In this document: piece after piece, positions 9,505 to 17,307 of the stretch | How the letters are laid out: each line of letters starts with the position of its first letter | How positions within the stretch are numbered: the stretch's first letter is position 1 | Position numbers and translations under genes: made by a program | The notes under the pieces: model-generated | What the model was told of the DNA's origin: nothing | Databases searched by the model: none | Seen by the model: only the letters and a program-made list of their open reading frames with translations | NCBI GenBank assembly: GCA_037131165.1 | Contig: JBAXRO010000002.1 | Coordinates: forward strand, 6,144 to 70,143 | Length of the DNA: 64,000 nt | Direction of reading: 5' to 3' | From: Actinomycetes bacterium | Lineage (GTDB): Bacteria; Actinomycetota; Thermoleophilia; Solirubrobacterales; Solirubrobacteraceae

Positions 9505-10733
9505 GGATCTTGGTGGTCGGAGCAGGTGGAGTGGGCGAGGCGGTGGCTGCGATCGCCCGACACAGGGACTTCTTCGAGCACATGGTGCTCGCCGACCTCG
9601 ACGCCGACCGCGCCGGATCGGTCGCGAGCCGGATGGGCGACCCGCGGATCACTTCCGCGGCTGTCGACGCCTCCGACGCAAAGGCGATCGCCGCACTCGC
9701 CGGCTCGGAGCGATGCGACGTGATCCTCAACGCCTGCGATCCGCGCTTCAACCCGCCGATCTTCGAAGCTGCCTTCGAAGCGGGTGCCACGTACCTGGAC
9801 ATGGCGATGACCCTCTCCGAGCGCCACCCGGAGCGCCCCTACGAGGAGTGCGGGGTGATGCTCGGCGACGCCCAGTTCGAGGTTGCCGGCAAGTGGGAGG
9901 AGAAGGGCCTGCTCGCCCTCGTGGGAATCGGGGTCGAACCCGGCTTCAGTGACGTGGCGGCCCGTTATGCGGCCGACCACCTGTTCTCCGAGATCGACGA
10001 GGTCGGAGTGCGTGACGGAGCCGATCTGGTTGTCGAGGGCTACGAGTTCGCTCCGACGTTCTCGATCTGGACGACGATCGAGGAGTGCCTCAACCCGCCG
10101 CTGATCTGGGAGAAGGACCGCGGCTGGTTCGTCACGCCGCCGTTCAGCGAGCCCGAGGTGTTCGAGTTCCCGGACGGGATCGGTCCGGTCGAATGCGTGA
10201 ACGTCGAGCATGAGGAAGTGGCGCTGATCCCCCGCTGGATCGAATGCCGCCGGGTGACCTTCAAGTACGGGCTTGGCGACGAGTTCATCGAGGTGCTCAA
10301 GACCCTCAACAAGCTCGGGCTCGACGGGGTCAAGCCGATCCCGGTGCGCGGCCAGATGGTCTCTCCCCGCGACGTTGTCGCCGCCGCGCTGCCGAACCCC
10401 GCGACCCTCGGCGACCGGATGAAGGGCAAGACCTGCGCCGGAACGCTCGTCACCGGCAAGGGCAAGGACGGCTCGCCGAAGGCCGCCTACATCCACCACA
10501 CGGCAGACAACGAGGAGTGCATGGCCAAGGACGGATGTCAGGCTGTCGTCTGGCAGACGGCGATCAACCCGGTGATCGCGATGGAGCTGATCGCCACCGG
10601 CATCTGGAGTGGAGCCGGGGTGCTCGGCCCCGAGGCGTTCGACGCCGTGCCGTTCCTCGACCTGCTGGTCGAGTACGGCTCGCCGTGGGGGCTCAGCGAA
10701 CGCGATCCTGCCAACCCGCAGAAGGCCCTCTGA
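9501..10733 (+). CDS. saccharopine dehydrogenase family NAD(P)-binding oxidoreductase
   Basis: MRILVVGAGGVGEAVA Rossmann motif, ILNACDPRFNPPIFEAAFEAGATYLDMA, 410 aa. ATGA overlap with dedA. Confidence 0.7.
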   Translation: MRILVVGAGGVGEAVAAIARHRDFFEHMVLADLDADRAGSVASRMGDPRITSAAVDASDAKAIAALAGSERCDVILNACDPRFNPPIFEAAFEAGATYLDMAMTLSERHPERPYEECGVMLGDAQFEVAGKWEEKGLLALVGIGVEPGFSDVAARYAADHLFSEIDEVGVRDGADLVVEGYEFAPTFSIWTTIEECLNPPLIWEKDRGWFVTPPFSEPEVFEFPDGIGPVECVNVEHEEVALIPRWIECRRVTFKYGLGDEFIEVLKTLNKLGLDGVKPIPVRGQMVSPRDVVAAALPNPATLGDRMKGKTCAGTLVTGKGKDGSPKAAYIHHTADNEECMAKDGCQAVVWQTAINPVIAMELIATGIWSGAGVLGPEAFDAVPFLDLLVEYGSPWGLSERDPANPQKAL

Positions 10734-10796
10734 CCGGATCGCATCGGGTCAGCGAACCGGACCCACCGGTTGTGACCGAATCGCGATGATCGAACC

Positions 10797-11501
10797 ATGT
10801 GCGGTCGCTACACGCTCACACTGAAGCGGGCGGATCTGGAGCGCTCCTTCCCGGAGGTTGTCTCGCTGCCCGAGGACCGTGTCTTCTGCGAGCGATTCAA
10901 CATCGCGCCCTCGCAGGAGGCGGTCGTGATCAGCCGTCCCGACGGCTCGCAGCCGACCGCCGAGCTGATGCGCTGGGGCTTGGTCCCACATTGGTCGAAG
11001 GGCCCGCAGGGAGAGGTGAAGATGATCAATGCCCGAGCCGAGACGCTCGCCGAGCGACCCGCCTACCGTGGCCTCGTCGCCAGCGCGTCGGGACGTTGCC
11101 TCGTGCCGGCCGACGGCTTCTACGAATGGCAGCAGGTGAAGCCTGGCACCAAGCAGCCCTGGCGCTACACGCTGGCCGACGGCGAGCCGTTCGCGTTCGC
11201 AGGCCTCTGCGAGACATGGACGCCGGCCGAGGGCGGCGAGCCGTTGAGGAGCTTCACAGTCGTGACGACGGAACCCAACAGCCTCGTCGCCGAAGTCCAC
11301 GACAGGATGCCCGCGATCCTCGCGACGGTTGAGGCGCGGGCGGCGTGGCTCGACAACGGACTGGAACCGGCCGCAACCCGCGAGCTGCTCGCCCCGCTCG
11401 AGTCCGGCGCGATGGCGGCCGAGCGGGTCAGCCGAGCGGTCGGGAAGCCCTCGAACGAAGGTCCGGCGCTGCTCGTCCCGGAGCAGCAGCAGCTCTTCTG
11501 A
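10797..11501 (+). CDS. SOS response-associated peptidase (SRAP/YedK family, abasic-site DNA crosslinking protein)
   Basis: N-terminal MCGRYTL with catalytic Cys2. NIAPSQ, MRWGLVPHWSK, INARAETL and CLVPADGFYEW motifs. Confidence 0.85.
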   Translation: MCGRYTLTLKRADLERSFPEVVSLPEDRVFCERFNIAPSQEAVVISRPDGSQPTAELMRWGLVPHWSKGPQGEVKMINARAETLAERPAYRGLVASASGRCLVPADGFYEWQQVKPGTKQPWRYTLADGEPFAFAGLCETWTPAEGGEPLRSFTVVTTEPNSLVAEVHDRMPAILATVEARAAWLDNGLEPAATRELLAPLESGAMAAERVSRAVGKPSNEGPALLVPEQQQLF

Positions 11502-11584
11502 GCCTGCGCACCGACCCCGGACACGGGAGAGCCGAGCGGTCCCCCGACCGCCCGGCTTGATTCACCCGATGTTGACCGTTCGTG

Positions 11585-12253
11585 TCAGACGGCGGGAGGA
11601 GCCGTGACTGTCACGGTCCCGAACTTCTGGCCAGTCTTGAACGTGGTCACTGAGAAGGCCTTGTTGAGCGCTCTGGCTGCCCGTTCCGTGAGGACGAGCG
11701 ATGCGGTGACGGTGCGTGCCTTGGCGTCGACTGCCGGGCTGGTCACGCGCAGGACGTCGATCCTGTGCTTGCCGTCGGTCTTGACGCTGACCTTGCCGCC
11801 CATCCCGGAGACGAACTGCGCTGCGACCGAGCTGAAGGTGACGCTCTTCGCCGCCTTGGTCGCGATCAGGCCTGCCTTGCCGAGCGAGAGAGCTCCCGCG
11901 CGGATCCGGTAGGTGGTCGCACCGTTGACGGTCCTGGCCGTGTAAGCCACCGCCCCTTGGGCAACCGCAGCATTCCAAGTGTCGGTCACCGGTACCGCGG
12001 CGCTTCCGTCACCGGCGCTGGCCGACAGGCTGACGCCGAGAGTGGCAAGTGCCGATACGGCAGCGGGATCAAGCTTGACGGAGGATGTACCGCCCTTGAG
12101 ATTGAGCACGCCGGACGAAACGGCATGTCGCGGTGTCGACGGCGAGTGAGCGATGGCCTTGGCCGCCGGCAGGGCAACGAGTACCGCCGACATAGCGCCG
12201 GCTGCCGCCACCCGAAGACCGAGGTTCGCTGTTCTGTGAAGTGTGTTTCGCAT
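11585..12253 (-). CDS. secreted hypothetical protein
   Basis: 222 aa. N-terminal signal-like RVAAAGAMSAVLVALPAAKAIA. Ala/Ser/Thr/Val-rich beta-type sequence with no recognisable catalytic motif. Confidence 0.55.
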   Translation of the reverse strand: MRNTLHRTANLGLRVAAAGAMSAVLVALPAAKAIAHSPSTPRHAVSSGVLNLKGGTSSVKLDPAAVSALATLGVSLSASAGDGSAAVPVTDTWNAAVAQGAVAYTARTVNGATTYRIRAGALSLGKAGLIATKAAKSVTFSSVAAQFVSGMGGKVSVKTDGKHRIDVLRVTSPAVDAKARTVTASLVLTERAARALNKAFSVTTFKTGQKFGTVTVTAPPAV

Positions 12254-12519
12254 TTCTCTGCTGTTTTCCCTGTGGTTGAACGTCCGTCCCCGGCACTGAC
12301 GACCAAGTTAGGCAGGGTCCGGGAAAGACCGGTTCGGCCCGGACCCAAACCTCGGTAAAGGCTTCGATCGGCCATTCCGGGAGGAGCAGCGCGGCCGAAG
12401 GCCGCGCGTCGTGCGCTCCGGAGGAGTAACCAACTGCCCCTGCGCTTGGGGCGGTGGTAGCTTCGACGCGAGACAACCCGGGGATGTTCGGCCCGGGACC
12501 CCCACGAAAGGACCGCTTG

Positions 12520-12915
12520 ATGCCAATCGCTTCGACCTTCGGACTTCCCGAGGCAATGATCGTCGTTCTCCAGATCTTCCTGTTCGTGATCTGGTTCTGG
12601 ATCCTGATCACGATCATCTCCGACCTGTTCCGTGACCACGAGGCATCGGGGTGGACGAAGGCATTCTGGATCATCTTCCTGATCCTGCTCCCGTTCCTCG
12701 GCGCGCTGATCTACCTGATCGTCCGCGGCAAGGGCATGCGCGACCGCGCGATCGCCGAGCAGGCTGAAGTCCAGAAGCAGATGAACCAATACATCCGCGA
12801 GACGGCCGCTGCCGGATCCCCCGCCGACGAGCTCCAGAAGCTCGTCGAGCTCAAGGAGAAGGGCGCCATCTCGGAGGAAGAGTTCCAAAGCATGAAGGCC
12901 AAGATCACCGGCTGA
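12520..12915 (+). CDS. small membrane protein with PLDc_N-type N-terminal domain and C-terminal SHOCT domain
   Basis: ATG 12520 preceded by GAAAGGA. FLFVIWFWILITIISDLF..GWTKAFWIIFLILLPFLGALIYLIVRGKG is PLDc_N-like. LQKLVELKEKGAISEEEFQSMKAKI is SHOCT. Confidence 0.7.
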   Translation: MPIASTFGLPEAMIVVLQIFLFVIWFWILITIISDLFRDHEASGWTKAFWIIFLILLPFLGALIYLIVRGKGMRDRAIAEQAEVQKQMNQYIRETAAAGSPADELQKLVELKEKGAISEEEFQSMKAKITG

Positions 12916-12925
12916 TCGGCTGTCA

Positions 12926-12951
12926 GGGGCGCGGCCAAGCGGCCGCGCCCC
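12926..12951. terminator. GC-rich hairpin between convergent genes
   Basis: GGGGCGCGGCC-aagc-GGCCGCGCCCC: perfect 11-bp stem with a 4-nt loop and no clear U-tract. Confidence 0.5.
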
Positions 12952-13006
12952 GCACATGCTGCACCACCCCGGACGGGTAAGCAGGCCCGATGCTGCGGCC
13001 CGCCCG

Positions 13007-13954
13007 TCAGGCAGGAGGAATCGTCGTAACGGCTCCGGTGCCGGTGCCCAACGGGTCGGTCCAGGAGGCGTAACCGAGCGCGCTCTGCAATGCGAGCGGC
13101 CAGAACGCCGCCTGTCGCTGCAGCCCGTAAGGGGTGCCGGGACCGTGGCCATTGACAGCCCAAGTGAGCATGCCCCCGAGCTCGGGGTGGATGGTGGCGG
13201 CATAGGTGAAGCGGGCCGGCCCGGGTGACGGCAGGGTCGTTAGGCGGATCGGGCGACCGATGACCTTGCCGTCCGGCGCAGAGAGCGGGTACCCGATAAC
13301 GCGCCTGCTGAGGTGAGGGGCTTGGCCAATGATCCACCAGTGGTCGAGCGGGTCGCGCAGGACGGTGAACTGGCCGGAGATCATCCCGCCGAGGGTGCCG
13401 ACCTCGCGGACACTGCCATCGGCCTGAGGGCGACCGACGTGCGGGTGGTGGCGCGAGTCGACCGCGTAGACGAGGGTTCCCTCCCCGTCCCTGGCCGCGG
13501 CTGCCGCCCAGATCATGCCGGGGCGCGGCATCGGCGTTACCGATGCACGGCGCGGAGCGCGGGGGTCGTAGTCGACCCTGACACCGCCAAGTACCTTGAA
13601 ACCCCACATTCCCGGCTTGACCTGCTCGACCTCCGCTCCGTACATCCCGACGCGCCCATTGGCCAACAGGAAGGGAGCGCCGGGCCAAACCCAGTGTCCC
13701 CTCTCGACTCCACCGATCGTGCCGGTGAAGACGCCGTTGAGAGTGACGGCGTTCCGCACGAAGAAACCGTTTACCCAAGAGTCCCCATAGACCCAGGAGT
13801 TCCCGCCCGGCGTAGAGAGGCTGAAGCCGACGTCGCCCGCCCGGAACGCGGCAGGACTGGCCTGGGTGGTCGCGATGGTGCCAATCGTGGCAGCGGAAAG
13901 GAGGATCGCAGCCGCGACCCGGGTCGACCTGACGGTTTGCCTGTGCAGACCCAT
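13007..13954 (-). CDS. secreted hypothetical protein
   Basis: ATG 13954 preceded by GGGAGGAAGG. Signal peptide RSTRVAAAILLSAATIGTIATTQASPA. Trp/Gly-rich beta-type sequence of unknown function. Confidence 0.6.
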   Translation of the reverse strand: MGLHRQTVRSTRVAAAILLSAATIGTIATTQASPAAFRAGDVGFSLSTPGGNSWVYGDSWVNGFFVRNAVTLNGVFTGTIGGVERGHWVWPGAPFLLANGRVGMYGAEVEQVKPGMWGFKVLGGVRVDYDPRAPRRASVTPMPRPGMIWAAAAARDGEGTLVYAVDSRHHPHVGRPQADGSVREVGTLGGMISGQFTVLRDPLDHWWIIGQAPHLSRRVIGYPLSAPDGKVIGRPIRLTTLPSPGPARFTYAATIHPELGGMLTWAVNGHGPGTPYGLQRQAAFWPLALQSALGYASWTDPLGTGTGAVTTIPPA

Positions 13955-14063
13955 GACTCCACCTTCCTCCCTTCTGCCGGAGCGGGTGGGGAGATTCACG
14001 ACCGACGCGGAAAGTCGGCGGGGAACCCGAGCCTGGTCCTTCTTCGAGCCCGCGAATACCGGG

Positions 14064-15422
14064 TCAGGAAGCGAGGATTTCGGCTGCCGCCCGCTCGCCG
14101 GAGCGGATTGCGCCGTCGATGTAACCGGCCCACTGCGAGCTCGTTTCCGTTCCCGCCCAGTGGATCCGCCCGAGCGGGTCGCTCAAGGCGCCGCGCCCCC
14201 TGGTGAGTACTCCCGGGCCTGCATAGGCGACCGGGCCGCCCTGACTCCAGCGCTCCTCGAGCCACTGCCTGTCCGTCCAGGCAAGGGGCTCGCGAACCTT
14301 CGGCCCGAAGCGGGCCTCGAGGCCCCTGAGGACGGCGTCACGCCGCTCCTCCGACCCCATCCGCGAATAGCTCAGCGCGTCGCGGCCACCGACAAAACCG
14401 ACGAGAACCCCGTGCGAGGCGTCGGACGGGGAGAGATCGAACGTTGTGCTGGCAAGGGCGCGGTCGCTGAGCGTCTCGCCCGACAGGCCGTCCGCCCGCC
14501 AGAACGGCTCGTCGTAGACCGCGAACACCTTCGTCAGCGCGCCCATCCGCCAACGCCCTGCGACCTCCCGCGAGCGCTGGGGCAACTCGGGGTTGAACGA
14601 GATCGTCGAACGCAGGGCGGGAGGCAGGGCGACCACGACGCGATCGGCCCGCAACTGGAGCGGGCCATCGGGCCCGCCGGCAGCGACCGTTACTCCGGTG
14701 TCGTCGGTGGAGATCGACTCGACCGCGGTACCGAGCCTGACCCTCTCGCCAAGTCCCTCGGCGACCCGTTCGGCAAGCGTCAAAGACCCACCCGGGAACC
14801 AGCTGTCCTGGGCTCCCCCCTCCGCGTCGAACAGCGGGTCGAGGCCACCGGCCGAGTTGATGTACGAGAGCACGTAGAGCAGTGAAAGCTGGTCGGGCTC
14901 GGCTCCCCAGATGGTCTTGCAGGCGACCCCGAGCATCACCCTTGCCTTCTCGCCGTGCCGGCGGGAGTGCAGCCAGTCGGCAAGCGTGATCGAGTCGAGC
15001 CGCTCAGCGTCTGCTGCGGACCACGGCTCGGCCGGGTCGACGCGCTTGGCCGCCCTGTCGGTGGTGAGCTGCATTCGGGCGATGTCGAGCAGGGTGGCGA
15101 GCCCGACCCGCGGGATCGTGCCGGAGTAGGAGATCCTTCGGCCCTTGAGCTCGATCAGGTTGTTGCCGGCGACGTGCTGGCGGGTCGTCGGAACGGAAAG
15201 CTGGCTCGCCCATGCGAGCACCCGGGTCTGAGTCGGGCCGACCCAGGTGCCTCCGAGGTCGACGGTCACACCGGGATGGGGCTCGCCGCGATCGACCCTG
15301 CCCCCGACCCGGTCGCGGGCCTCGAGCATCAGGACCGTGCGGCCGCCTTCGACGAGATCGCGGGCAGCTGCCAAGCCGCTGAAGCCGGCGCCTACGACGA
15401 TTGCATCGAGGTCGTTCGCCAT
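14064..15422 (-). CDS. flavin-containing amine oxidase (monoamine/putrescine oxidase-like)
   Basis: MANDLDAIVVGAGFSGLAAARDL..LEARDRVGGRV dinucleotide-binding motif, with GTETSSQWAGYIDGAIRSGERAA at the C-terminus. ATG 15422 is chosen over the longer track start. Confidence 0.8.
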   Translation of the reverse strand: MANDLDAIVVGAGFSGLAAARDLVEGGRTVLMLEARDRVGGRVDRGEPHPGVTVDLGGTWVGPTQTRVLAWASQLSVPTTRQHVAGNNLIELKGRRISYSGTIPRVGLATLLDIARMQLTTDRAAKRVDPAEPWSAADAERLDSITLADWLHSRRHGEKARVMLGVACKTIWGAEPDQLSLLYVLSYINSAGGLDPLFDAEGGAQDSWFPGGSLTLAERVAEGLGERVRLGTAVESISTDDTGVTVAAGGPDGPLQLRADRVVVALPPALRSTISFNPELPQRSREVAGRWRMGALTKVFAVYDEPFWRADGLSGETLSDRALASTTFDLSPSDASHGVLVGFVGGRDALSYSRMGSEERRDAVLRGLEARFGPKVREPLAWTDRQWLEERWSQGGPVAYAGPGVLTRGRGALSDPLGRIHWAGTETSSQWAGYIDGAIRSGERAAAEILAS

Positions 15423-15433
15423 CGCGGGAGGCC

Positions 15434-16159
15434 TCAGCCGGCCTTGCCGGCTCCGGCCAGCCGACGGACCACCTTGCGCCATTCATCGTTATCGAGACCA
15501 TGCGCGACGAGGCTGGACGGATCCCCGGGGTCGCGCATGAAGACATGGCAGATGTCTCCCTCTTGGGCGAGGACGACGTCGCTGGTCTCGCGGGTGCCGT
15601 CGTCCTGCCAGCTGCTGACGCTGACCAGAGCGGTCCGGGGACTCGAATCGAGCAGTGAGTCGGCGTCCGCTCCCTTCGGCCCGCGATGGCCCGCGGGCAG
15701 GCGCTTCCAGAGGCGGTCGAGTGCCTCGGTGGTCTTCCGAAGCGAGAAGAAGTGGATCCCAAGTGCGTCGATCAGGATCTCAAGGGTCACGCCCTCCGGT
15801 TGGGGCATCAGCACGAAACGCCAGGGGGTGTCGGGCTCTGTCCCAGTGACCCTCGCGTCGAGCACCCGGCGGCCACGCTGCTGGAAGGCGAGGGCGATGC
15901 CAAGATCGCCACGGACCTCGACATGGTCGGAGCCGGGCTTGGTGGTGATCAGGTTGCGCGCAGCGAGCGACCGCACCGCCTCGGCGACCAGCTCCGGTTC
16001 CGGGTCGCGCTCAAGGAAGTGAACCACCCCGCTTACCGCGTCGATCTCGGCGAGCGTGTAGGCACCGAGCGGCACGGGGCCGGTGTCCACAAGGTGGACG
16101 ACAGCCTCGACGAGTCCTTCGGGGATCTCCGCATCGCCTGAGAGGTCGGTCGTGCTCAT
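15434..16159 (-). CDS. hypothetical protein (no recognised domain)
   Basis: Open frame with strong G/C third-position bias. ATG 16159 forms an ATGA overlap with the stop of the upstream gene. The track start TTG 16168 is the alternative. Confidence 0.6.
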   Translation of the reverse strand: MSTTDLSGDAEIPEGLVEAVVHLVDTGPVPLGAYTLAEIDAVSGVVHFLERDPEPELVAEAVRSLAARNLITTKPGSDHVEVRGDLGIALAFQQRGRRVLDARVTGTEPDTPWRFVLMPQPEGVTLEILIDALGIHFFSLRKTTEALDRLWKRLPAGHRGPKGADADSLLDSSPRTALVSVSSWQDDGTRETSDVVLAQEGDICHVFMRDPGDPSSLVAHGLDNDEWRKVVRRLAGAGKAG

Positions 16160-17148
16160 CGTTCCCAATCCGCGTGTCCACGCTGGTTGATCCTCGCCGC
16201 GGTGGCGATCTCACGGTCACCGACCTTGACGGTCACGGACTTTGTCTCGGTGGCAACGGGGAGCATCCACTCCGGCGCCCCGTGGCCGCCATCGAGCACT
16301 TCCTGCGCGGCCGGGGAAAGCATCTCCGTAACGTAGACGTCGGAGGCGCCGAAGAGTCCGCGGCCGTTGCGGGCACCCGGATGGAAGACGAGTTCGGCCA
16401 AGCTGTCGGCTCGATCCGGCGGGGGAAAGCGTACGGCGAGGTCGGGCGACGCCGAAGTGACATCGTCGTCCTGCTCGATCAGCTTGAGTGAAGTGGTCAG
16501 CTCCTCCTCAGCCGAGGCGGGCAGCGGCATCGTCGTGCCGATGTCGGGAGAGAGGTACATCGGCCTCGATTCGGTGTTGCCAGAGAGGCCCCAAGGGCCG
16601 ACGTTCTTCTTGGTGACCCGATAGACGAAGTAGTCGAGCAGGTGCTTGAGGTCGGTCAGGCTCGGCAGGTGGAAGCCGCCGCCCATCGCGGCCGGCGTCT
16701 TCTCGAGCTGGACCCAAGTCCCGTTGGCGGTGCGGCCGTGGAGCTTCTCCCTGACGAGCGGTCCGCGGAGCCCGAGGTCGGGGTAGGCCTTCTTGTCCAT
16801 CTTCTTGTGGTGGCTGGAGAGCCGTTCATGGCTGTCGGGGAAGCGCCAGCGCTCGTAAAGGCCCGGCTCGTCGACGAGGACATGTGCGCCGCAGAGGACC
16901 TCACGAAGCTGGCGGACGTCGAGGCCATGGGTCTCGAGGTCAGCGATGATCGCGGCCTCCGCCGGGGTCAGGCGCTTGGCCGCCTGGGCCAGTCCGGATC
17001 GAAACTTGCCGGCCCGCGAAGTGATCTGGACCATTAGTCGGACCCGCTTGCGGATCCGTGCCGTTTCGGCTTCGTCGAGCTCGATCATCTCGATGACCGG
17101 CTGCTCGAGTTCCCCTCCACTGACTGGCTCATGCTCCGTTGCACTCAT
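16156..17148 (-). CDS. hypothetical protein (no recognised domain)
   Basis: 330 aa with good codon bias. ATG 17148 lies 7 nt downstream of a TACGAT box, which fits a leaderless transcript. Confidence 0.65.
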   Translation of the reverse strand: MSATEHEPVSGGELEQPVIEMIELDEAETARIRKRVRLMVQITSRAGKFRSGLAQAAKRLTPAEAAIIADLETHGLDVRQLREVLCGAHVLVDEPGLYERWRFPDSHERLSSHHKKMDKKAYPDLGLRGPLVREKLHGRTANGTWVQLEKTPAAMGGGFHLPSLTDLKHLLDYFVYRVTKKNVGPWGLSGNTESRPMYLSPDIGTTMPLPASAEEELTTSLKLIEQDDDVTSASPDLAVRFPPPDRADSLAELVFHPGARNGRGLFGASDVYVTEMLSPAAQEVLDGGHGAPEWMLPVATETKSVTVKVGDREIATAARINQRGHADWER

Positions 17149-17155
17149 CGCCCGG

Positions 17156-17161
17156 ATCGTA
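17156..17161 (-). promoter_or_regulatory. -10-like box TACGAT, 7 nt upstream of ATG 17148 (leaderless configuration)
   Basis: Plus strand reads atcgta. Spacer is 17149-17155. Confidence 0.4.
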
Positions 17162-17199
17162 ACCGGTGACCGCTGACCGGCCGTATGGGACAGGGGGTC

Positions 17200-17232
17200 G
17201 AGCGATCCCGACAGCAGGCGGAGCGATCCCGA
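17200..17232. repeat. 12-nt direct repeat GAGCGATCCCGA x2, 21-bp period
   Basis: Copies at 17200-17211 and 17221-17232. They lie between the nrdJ terminator and the start of the unknown operon. Confidence 0.7.
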
Positions 17233-17260
17233 AACAGAAAGGGCCGCCTTTCGGCGGCCC
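17231..17260 (-). terminator. intrinsic terminator of nrdJ
   Basis: On the minus strand: GGGCCGCC-gaaa-GGCGGCCC followed by TTTCTGTTTC, 48 nt after the nrdJ stop. Confidence 0.7.
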
Positions 17261-17307
17261 CTCCCGGAATCAGATTTGGCGGGTCGGAAGGAGCCGCCCG
17301 GCTCGGA

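Noticed and set aside
15434-16159. Assigning the 241-aa protein to the EspG (type VII secretion chaperone) family
   Set aside because: There is only a vague resemblance in the pattern of hydrophobic and Arg-rich segments. With no nearby WXG100, EccC or PE/PPE genes the case is too weak without a profile search.
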